Assembly: GCA_002794465.1 (NCBI GenBank)
Contig: MTSL01000057.1
Coordinates: forward strand, 473-12,277
Direction of reading: 5' to 3'
From: Paramicrosporidium saccamoebae KSL3
Lineage: Eukaryota; Fungi; Cryptomycota
Length of the DNA: 11,805 nucleotides
This document shows, one piece after another, positions 1 to 8,700 of the stretch (position 1 is its first letter; the number at the start of each line of letters is the position of its first letter). The notes beneath the pieces were generated by a model. The model was not told the origin of the DNA. It was given only the letters and a program-made list of their open reading frames with translations, and searched no databases. Both the position numbers and the translations under genes were made by a program.

Positions 1-234
1 CGGCATATAAACTGCCCCTTTCAACACACCGGATTATAGGATAGCCATCAGTATTCCCCATCATGAGTGGATGCTATCTACCAGATCATTTTAGCGCGCA
101 AAAGTACATCTTTATTAAAACATATGGCACATGGACTACCATAATCAACACAGAATAAGACTACAGGATTGCCAATCATCAGTGTTCATTAGTAAAGGTT
201 GCCGTAAAGATTTGGTTTGAATTTTCCGTTGTTA

Positions 235-870
235 ATGATGACAAAGCCATTGGGCCTGTGTGAGATTGAACTTCCAAGGGCCGTTATTCTGAGGAAAATC
301 AAGCTTGCCGTTATCTCCCCACCAGTTGTCATAATAGTGTAGGTTGAAGGAAAACCAGTTCAGAAGGAAGCCAAACTGGCCCTGACCAAGGCCTGCACCG
401 TCTTTCTCTCATACCTCACCACCCAGTAACCGTCTAAACTTTGCTAATACATAGCGCCCTCGATGAGACACTTGAGGTACGCAATCCCAAACTGCTGAAT
501 GGCAGCCATGTGACGGAAGCACTTCGAAAAATGGGCTTTGCCTTTCTCCTCGATGACATCTACGAGTGCATTCAGAGTATATATTGCACACAACTAACAC
601 ATAGAGCATCGATCCTATATGCGCGAACGGGCCGACCATAAGGCAGCCAATGCGAATGCGCCCTCTGAGCCAGATTCTGATGGCGTGGAAGATGAGGATG
701 AGACACCTGAGACTCCCTTTGTAGAAATAGAGCCCACTACTCTTGCGGGATCCTCTATAGCTGCAACCTCTGGTGAAAACGATAACCAGGATGACGTGAT
801 CATTTTGGAAAATATCGAGCCGCCACATCCAGAAAAAGGAGAGAGTTGGCCTGTAGAACACACTGCATGA
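235..870 (+). CDS. DPB4: H2B-like histone-fold protein, DNA polymerase epsilon subunit D / CHRAC17 (DPB4/POLE3-like), 4 exons, ~181 aa
   Basis: Exons 235-309, 343-425, 455-576 and 605-870 total 546 nt and splice in frame to MMTKPLGLCEIELPRAVILRKIKLA-VEGKPVQKEAKLALTKACTVFLSYLTTH-ALDETLEVRNPKLLNGSHVTEALRKMGF..., followed by an acidic tail (EPDSDGVEDEDE). The LPxAxIxR...KEAxxAxxKAxTVFxSYLT pattern matches POLE3/Dpb4 and lacks the NF-YB LPIANV signature. Confidence 0.82.
310..342 (+). other. Spliceosomal intron, 33 nt, phase 0 (DPB4 intron 1)
   Basis: GTTATC...GTGTAG. Removal joins KLA|VEGK within the histone fold; the terminal TAG is an in-frame stop if retained. Confidence 0.8.
426..454 (+). 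other. Spliceosomal intron, 29 nt (DPB4 intron 2)
   Basis: GTAACC...GCTAAT-ACATAG, with a branch-like CTAAT just before the acceptor; removal restores the frame. Confidence 0.88.
577..604 (+). other. Spliceosomal intron, 28 nt (DPB4 intron 3)
   Basis: GTATAT...ACTAAC-ACATAG; removal joins the 441-641 frame to the 619-870 frame. Confidence 0.88.
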
Positions 871-910
871 CAAAGACTAATTGTTTTATTATTAAATCCA
901 GCTTGTATCA

Positions 911-2467
911 ATGGATGAAGACCAACAGCACTCGAGAGACATCCAGTCCTCAAGAGACTTTCAATCTTCGAGAGAAAGTCAACAACAGTACTCAAGGGAG
1001 AGTCAGCACCATCACTCGAGAGAGAGTCAACAACAACACTCGCGCGAGCAATCTTCGGGAGACGCGCGCCTCACTGACACTCTTCGCAACATGACCCGAC
1101 GAAACCGCGCGGCTATTCTTCGTACTATAGTGCACCATCTGGATTCAAGCGACGCACATTTCCTCCTAGAGCTAGTAAAACGCAAACTGAGCTGCGACCC
1201 ACTGCACGAACTCCCGCCGGAGCTTGCCGCACTGGTGCTAAGTAGGATGGCAGATGCGACAGGACTACTGTGGATGGCACGGGTGTGTCGAGAATGGCGG
1301 ACACAGGTGCTGGGCGATGTTGTATTATGGAGGCATCATTTAAAAAGTATGCCATTAAGCCGACCAGCAAGAGGACGACTCGAACAAGCTCAAACTGTTT
1401 CTGACTATGTAAATGTGCTAAAATATGAAACTCTACTGAGACGGAACTGGCAGAGCGACAATAGTTCTTCGAGGATGACCATTCCCGCACTGGGAGTTGG
1501 CGTGATTACCTGTCTCCAATTGGATGAGGAGCAGGGATGGCTGATCAGTGGTGCTGATAACGGAAATATTGGGATCTGGAATGTAAATAGCGGCGAATGC
1601 AGTGCCCTCCCGGCAGGACATCAGGGCGGAGTGTGGACCTTGAAGGCTACAAAGGATGGAATTCTGGTCACTGGCTCCACAGACCGAACTTTAATTGTTT
1701 GGGACATGAAAAGTGGTGCTCGGATAGCAGACCTGATCGGACATTCCTCTACAGTGCGATGTGTGGAAATTATTGGAAATTATATTGTCAGCGGATCGCG
1801 AGATGGCACCTTGAGAGTATGGTGTCGTCGGAGCGGGTTCACATGCTTGCATATTCTGACGGGTCACACCGGCTCAGTGAGGTGCATTGTGCCCTTTGGG
1901 GAAAGATACATAGTCTCGGGATCATATGACCATACTCTGCGAGTTTGGGATTTGAACACTGGTCGATGTGTGGCGACTTGTGCTGGCCACGACGGCAAAG
2001 TATACTCACTAGCGGCATCTGACGAGTACATCTTTTCCGGTGGAATTGATGCCAAGATTCGGGTGTGGAGGCCCTTGACAGGCGAATGTGTCGATGTGTT
2101 TTCAGACCATGGAGCCTTGGTGGGTTTGTTAGAGATCCACGGAGATTACTTGGTTGCGGGCAGTACTGACGGCTCCTTGAGTTTGTGGAATGCACGCACT
2201 CTCCATCGTCTCCGTTTCCTCGAACTCGCCCATCGCTCCTCCATCACCGCCCTTGGAATCAATCGCTACGCCATCATCTCGGGCTCAGAACGCGCTTTGC
2301 GTCTTTGGTCATTGGTGGAGATGTGCTCTGATGAGCCTCCCGAGCCGCTGACTCTTTCAGACAAGGCTGACGTTGTATGGCGGGTAGTGGCAGGCGAGAC
2401 TACGGCTGTAGTGGCCTACCAACAGACGGGAATTACTCGCATCGAACTAATCAACTTTGCACCATAG
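911..2467 (+). CDS. CDC4: F-box/WD40 SCF substrate receptor, Cdc4/FBXW7-like, 518 aa
   Basis: Uninterrupted ORF with a helical D-domain-like segment, an F-box (DPLHELPPELAALVLSRM...ARVCREWR...LWRH) and 7-8 WD40 repeats. GVITCLQ, GHQGGVWTL, GSTDRTLIVWD, GHSSTVRC and VSGSYDHTLRVWD match the Cdc4/Fbw7/SEL-10 subfamily. Confidence 0.85.
   Translation: MDEDQQHSRDIQSSRDFQSSRESQQQYSRESQHHHSRESQQQHSREQSSGDARLTDTLRNMTRRNRAAILRTIVHHLDSSDAHFLLELVKRKLSCDPLHELPPELAALVLSRMADATGLLWMARVCREWRTQVLGDVVLWRHHLKSMPLSRPARGRLEQAQTVSDYVNVLKYETLLRRNWQSDNSSSRMTIPALGVGVITCLQLDEEQGWLISGADNGNIGIWNVNSGECSALPAGHQGGVWTLKATKDGILVTGSTDRTLIVWDMKSGARIADLIGHSSTVRCVEIIGNYIVSGSRDGTLRVWCRRSGFTCLHILTGHTGSVRCIVPFGERYIVSGSYDHTLRVWDLNTGRCVATCAGHDGKVYSLAASDEYIFSGGIDAKIRVWRPLTGECVDVFSDHGALVGLLEIHGDYLVAGSTDGSLSLWNARTLHRLRFLELAHRSSITALGINRYAIISGSERALRLWSLVEMCSDEPPEPLTLSDKADVVWRVVAGETTAVVAYQQTGITRIELINFAP
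923..1063 (+). repeat. Degenerate coding tandem repeat (18-nt and 24-nt units) encoding six SR[D/E] units in the Cdc4 N-terminal tail
   Basis: QQHSRD-IQSSRD-FQSSRE-SQQQYSRE-SQHHHSRE-SQQQHSRE-QSSGD; the DNA units differ at synonymous positions (tcg/tca, aga/agg/cgc). Confidence 0.85.
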
Positions 2468-2475
2468 AATACAAT

Positions 2476-2716
2476 TTATGTTTCGGAACTATTTGCAGTG
2501 AATAGGAGCGACTCGATGATAGCCTCCTCGCGCTGCAGTCTGGATATTTGTCCCAAAAGGCTTGCCTTAATCTCGTCCAGCGACTTTTCCCGTAATTGCA
2601 CCCTCAACTGCAGCTCTGACAAAGTCTTTCTAAGCAATAAACAGCATGACCCAACTGTGTTACGTGGTTGTTCGTATTCCATCCTCGGATGGCGTCGATT
2701 CTATCGACAGCGGCAT
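2476..2716 (-). CDS. Small hypothetical coiled-coil protein, ~68 aa; start and first exon uncertain
   Basis: The C-terminal part KTLSELQLRVQLREKSLDEIKASLLGQISRLQREEAIIESLL is amphipathic and heptad-like. Preferred model: exons 2716-2664 and 2629-2476 with a 34-nt GTAACA...CTTAG intron, giving MPLSIESTPSEDGIRTTTKTLSEL... Alternative: unspliced ORF from ATG 2682. It fills the gap between two well-supported genes in a window with almost no intergenic DNA. Confidence 0.55.
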
Positions 2717-2763
2717 CCACCCCGGAATTACCACGAGCCTGTTCCTCTAATCAGAAATACCGT

Positions 2764-5700
2764 TTATTTGGGACATGTGTGGGAGCGAAAGAAATGTGAC
2801 AGTCCCCAAAGCGCAGGAATTAGGGTGAGAATAAAGTCGTTAGTCTCTGCGGCCAGTTCTGTCCAGTCGAGAACAAAGGACAACTCCATCTCGTGTTTGT
2901 CCCTAATATCCTGAAACAATCCCGTGGTCACATTATGGCCAGTATACTCGGTAACCTGTATGATCGTAACCTGGAGGCGCTGCAGCAAGGAGATGGGAAT
3001 AGAGTTGAGTTGTGGATGCTGCTCAAGGAACCTAGTGATGGCGCGAATATTTCCAAAACCATACTTTTCCCCGCGACTGCATCGAACCATTACATGGTCG
3101 CACTCCCTGAATTTTGGAGCTAGCCGGAGGTTGACTATAGGAGTATCAGCATGTTCCACTCTTTCGACTACTCCTCTTTTGATGAGTTCCTTGACGTCAG
3201 TGGACGTGTCGGCCGTCATGTCCATGTCCACCGATTTCGCAGAGGACAGAACAAATCTGTAATCGCGACCATTGCTTTCCCTTCCTTTTACGTCAATATT
3301 CATCCATCGAAGCGGCCTGTATCTCATCCTCGTAAACTGTAATTGGTCGTCGTAAATGATCTGAAATTCAGAGTTTCCGTTGGCCGCCGAATTGAATAGC
3401 GCCAAAGATACCGCGTAGCCGGATAACCGGCCAGTACTGATCATTCCAATCTTTGCCAAGAATGACAGTACCACAGACTCGTCGCTGACAAATGGCTCAA
3501 AGGAACTATTCATGGCAGCGAGAGTGCTCTTTTTTTTAACCACGGGCTTTGTGTGTTTTGGTTCTTCATTCTCGTCGGGCTCTATGCGCAGGCTATCCAC
3601 TGGCGCGGGCTCAATTGGACTCTTTTCTTCTGCTTTGGCAAAATCCAAATCGACTCCAGCGCTCCTTCTCTTGAAATACTGCTCGGTCGAGGAATCACCC
3701 AGTGCTTTGTAGCCAAGTCGAAGCGCCTCTTGCACTCGATTGACAGTTGCCGACGTTCCATCCTCAAGGAAGAGTCGTGGAAGATTAGTTACATACAAAT
3801 TTCCAAACTTGATCGCAGCCTTGATTATCCCAAACTCTTCAGATCCCATCCTTCTGGCGAGATCTAACTGACGATAAGCATGACTGAAAAACTCTTGATA
3901 AAGAAATCCCTTTAGGCACAGCGGATCGAGCTTGTCAAAACTCTGCAGTACCGGAACGTAACACTGAGCATCAAAGTGCTGTGGTCTCCTACTCCCATGA
4001 TGCATATCAAAGTTGATGGAATCCATTTTCGTTTTACTGTCATCAAACAGCAGGGTACTGGATCCTTCCAGAAACACCGATGCGGCTAATCCATGTCTTC
4101 TTACTAGTCTAGGCCTCTTGCTTCTAAGTGCTAGCTCCATCTCTACATCAGGGGAATGCGATACTTCCCATAAGCTGGAAATGTTTAATGTCTGGGCTAG
4201 CAACTGATATGCCTGGAAAGAGTACTCTCTCAGATGCACGACTCCATTCTTACCCACATGAATATCGCTGGATAATCCTCTCCTAATTGTCTCCTCACTC
4301 TCAAATGCAAAGTGGTGTAAAATTTTCAGCACGCATTCTCCCAAGTCGCGGACTTTGTGTTCCTCAAAGGACCCCAAGCTCTTGGCATGCTCATTGACAT
4401 GGGAAATTTCTGCAGAAATGTTTTCAAAGCTGGGCGCGGCAGCATCAGGAATGGCTAGTCCGCCAATATCCAATGCACAGAGGGCAAGCGATAGGGAAGA
4501 CATCTTTCCGCTATGCCGGGTACTTGATCGTACCAAGGTCTGCGCACGGGCCCACCTTAGTAGGACAAGAACAATTGCCAAGTTTCCCGGATCCATTATC
4601 GTCATTTTACAGAGTCTTAGCGCTGGCAAATGCCAATCAATATTACGGAATATGGTAAAGACATAGGGCGAACCACGATGTTCCAATGTACTGGGGTGTT
4701 TGACCATCGGGAATGTGCTATTTAAAGCAGTGTAAACTTGCCCAAAGAGAACCTCTTCAGAAACGTCCATGTAAACATTGATATCTGAACCGGCTCTGTT
4801 TGCCAGTCCGATAGTTGAGCCAGAGAGTTCGATGCAGACGTTATCGCCAACGATCGTTTTTAATAGTTCCTTGAGGAGATTGAAAAAATTTCGGCATTCC
4901 ACCAAATTTCCGCTTACCTCATGCTTGATACAGTCTTGCGCCCATTGAACGACTTGCTGGCCTAGTATCCCCACTGCATCGGCACGCATGGCAATGGTGC
5001 CATTTTTCTCGCGTGCTTCAATCAAGTAATCAGTGACAATCCATGGAAAGCTTAACACTGGCTCAACCAAGCCTCTTGGCTTGATGGGCTCATGATAGGT
5101 TACGTAGTACCAAGCAGAGGCCTTAGCTGGTAGCTCTTCCTTGGGGACATTTGCACAAAAATTACTCCGATAAAGTGCACAAGTCTCCTTCAGTTTGGTA
5201 CTGACAATCTACAAAATGAGACTAAACTGAACGACTGACGTACTTCCATGATCCTGCGAGATTCGTCTATACCCATCATTTCAGGCTCTAGTCTGGAACC
5301 CGAGAACACTTGAGCTTCCGATCCAAACCCGTACAACCGCAGAACTCCATTCAGGCAATCGCAATAGTCTCGATACGAGTCTCTTGCTGATGGCAGATAT
5401 TTTTCGTAGCCAGCAACCAGAAATGCACTGTCCGGTTTGATCTCACGATGACCAGTGGCTGAATAAAAAATGCTCTTTGCCTTTCTGTACATTTGTCCAG
5501 TCACTTTTTGTGAGACATGGGTTGTCATTCCTTGTTTTTGCATAAAATCAGGCCAGCTGATGGGTCGATGTTCCTTTGGAAAGTCTGGAAGAATTCCAGT
5601 CTTGGGGAAATCGACTGCAAGTGAGCAGAGGTAGGCAAGATGGACGCACACCGGATCCCTTACGCCGTCAGGCTTGACATCGGCATGGGCAATATGTGCA

Positions 5701-8700
5701 TTCGAGATTGGTCCAAGCTGATCAACAGAAATGAATTTGACGAGAAACTCTCGAATATCTGCAGTGGTAACTTGCTCTGTGACCACTTTTGCCGGCGGGG
5801 CTGCATAATCCATAGGCTCAACACTGGTGGGCAAAAGTAGTGCCGGATCCCAAGTTACAAAATACAAGTCACCGTCAAGGTCAGACCCAGAACACATGTC
5901 AGTGAGTGGACGAGGACCTTTACGAGGAAACACGACGCAATCAAAGTGGAATCTTTGCAAAAGTTCATTATCGACTGCCCGCAGCCTTCTGGCATCACCA
6001 GGATGCATGCAAGGATTCTTTGCCATTGACACTTCAGAGACTACCTTCCAGCATCCCTCTCTTCCAGGCCTTAAAATCCCCAGACGTACCGCTTCCTCAT
6101 CCGATGGCTGCTTACTAATCTGCACAAAAACTTCATTCTCCTTCAAGGTTCCCGTTTCATCGATGACACCCATGATAATCCTCCCCATCGGGACAAAAAC
6201 TCGGGATCGCGTCAATAAATCGACAAGTCGACGTCTGTAGACTGTAATCAGCAACGAGCGAAAAAATGGCTCAGAATCAAGACTCCAGGATTGGATAACC
6301 TTGGAAGATAGTGGAGAGAGAACCCTGAGATTGCTTTCTAGCCAACTGGAGGATTCTGTCGAGTTGAGCAGCATATTCGGCATGCTCTTTAGCATTTGGT
6401 CTTGCAGATTCATGAATGCTTCGTCAGGGACGCCCAGACTGCTGAAAATTACTAAAACTTGCCGATTCAAATAGCATGGAATGTAAGCAGACCAATTGAG
6501 GACCTCCAGGGTGCGGTGAGATGATTCAAACTTTTGCATGGACGGACGAAACCAAATTCTTTTGTCTTCGCTAGCAGTCGTGGAATCGGGACGGATCGCT
6601 AGCACGCCCTTGAAGCCCGCAAATCTTATTTGGAATGCAGTTGGAATGGTCGAAAATCCCATGCGATCAGAAATGGCCTTTGCAAGTCCATATGTTATCA
6701 TTCCAATTCCATCAGAATAGGTATATGTCCTGTCAATTCCGTCGACCGTTGTGGTTACTTCATAATCCGGAACTATTGTAGAATCATGGAGTTCAATTTC
6801 TGCAACGTCAATAGACGCCGACAGGCTGTGGCCAAGACGTGCCACGTACTTTGCAACATTTTTGATCGAAGAAAAATCGCCACACCAACGGCGAATATAA
6901 TCGGCATCAACGTGAACATCTTGAACAGAACCCCCCTCTCCAGGAACCCGGATTAAATGCGGGGCAACAAACCAACATCCATGATCACGTAACTGACTGG
7001 ATGACATTGCCAGGAATTCATACCTACGATCCCCAATCGCAGTTCCCTCGCACAGAAAATTCGAAATGCGATTATGAACATTTTTGATGCTTGCGCCAGT
7101 CTTTGCCATGCTCAGCTTCTGCATGTCCTCATCCCTGAAATGGACTCGAAGAAAATAGTCCGAATCAAATGCACGCAAAATTCGGTTCCGAGTAATCTTT
7201 TTGGGGTGCTGGAATACAAGTCGAGTGGGTGTCAAGATTACGAACCGCACTAGAGCAGTGTTGTGAGCCTTGTCATATTGAATATTTGAAGACTCGTACA
7301 ACAGATTCGTCTGAGTCTGGATCATTTCATGCGTGAGCGACGCTAGTGAGGCATGTGCAGTGAGCATGACATTGGCAAATCGACAATTTTGCAATCTCAA
7401 AATCATATCCATCATTAAACGATGTCTCAATTCCGGGCGGACACTTGTCAAAAAGCTCAAGAACAAGGCACTTGGGGTCCGGTACAGCAATGATTCCATG
7501 CAAGTGGACATTAGCACATGAACATCGCACTTGAATTCAAAATTGTCTACGGTAGTTGAGAGCTGAAACAGATCATGAGCGCAAAGATCTCCCTGTCGGG
7601 GCTCAAGGGTGCTGAACCGTCCGTAAACGACATGCAGGCCACGAATCTCAATCTTCCTCAGAGTATTGACAAGATGATCACGAACATTGTTAGTGAGGAA
7701 CATGTCAATCTTGTACACTGACACTTCTTCAATATTGATAAACTCGGCAATCTCTGCAGAGGAAGCTCTGTACCATTCGAATCGATCAATGGTCACCAGC
7801 TTCACCTCCATGGTGGAATCAGTGTGAGCATAATAATACATTGCTGGTGACTTGAGAGACAGGTACATTGACGTTGCCTTTTCATCACTCCCCAAGTCGA
7901 TTGCAATAAAGTTGTCAAGGATGGTGAAGCAAAAATCAATTCGGAAGACGCGGTCACTGGACACCATGAATACTTGGATCTCCTCCATCCCAACATTAAA
8001 CACCACCTTGACAGTCGATGGTAAGGATCGCAGACAGACAAATTCGCATGGAGTCGCAAAAGTCCCCAGATCAATGTTCTCTCCAACCAACATTATCTGG
8101 TCAGCAATTCGAGAAAACGACCTTTCCGTCTTGAATGACATTAAAATGTGATCCTCTGAAAGCAGTTCACTCGTACTGCAGACAAGCTTGGCAATCTCAG
8201 GAATCCTGAAAGCCGAGTTGCTAGACGGCTCTGCATTAAGACGCATGAGCATTTTCCCAGAAAATACAGGGTCTTCCTCAACAACAGACACAAAGTTCTT
8301 CAAGGGCAGCTCTGACAAAAATGGGAACGAATCAAGCGTCCAATTGGACACTTCTCCCACGAGATTGTGGAATCGCATCTGAATGGTTCTGAATCTTTTC
8401 CGGACGTCTTCTGAGGAATTGCTGTCTGCGCCGAGAGAAAGCTCATAATCAGACCTGGTCCAATTAAGCGCAAGACTGGCCTGAATGTTCAATTGCAGAG
8501 TGGTGAGGGCGGAGATGGACCGAGTAGTCTTCTCGGCAGCCATATGTTGGAGAATGACGTGATGCATAGTCTTTTCTGATGCAATTAATTCTTGGTAGGA
8601 GATTCTTTCCGCTTCACTACAAATCAAAACATAGCGACTGTCATTGGCTCTAGCGCGACCCCGGGATTGAATAAAACTCGTCAGGGTCCACGACTGATCA

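Noticed and set aside
1-80. Minus-strand ORF start at 64 running off the window, and a small hairpin at ~40-78
   Set aside because: Only 21 codons are visible with no recognisable motif, and the hairpin is short enough to be chance.
2764-5070. The 768-aa ORF as an independent gene
   Set aside because: Its listed start is not ATG, the frame extends up to the 5209 acceptor, and it begins with the RdRP head motif (KASAWY...LSFPW). It is exon 3 of the RdRP gene.
5040-8395. Viral or endogenous viral RdRP, or a mobile element
   Set aside because: The catalytic motif is the double-psi-barrel DxDGD of cellular RdRPs, not the viral palm GDD. The gene has host-type introns, and no terminal repeats or transposase are visible.
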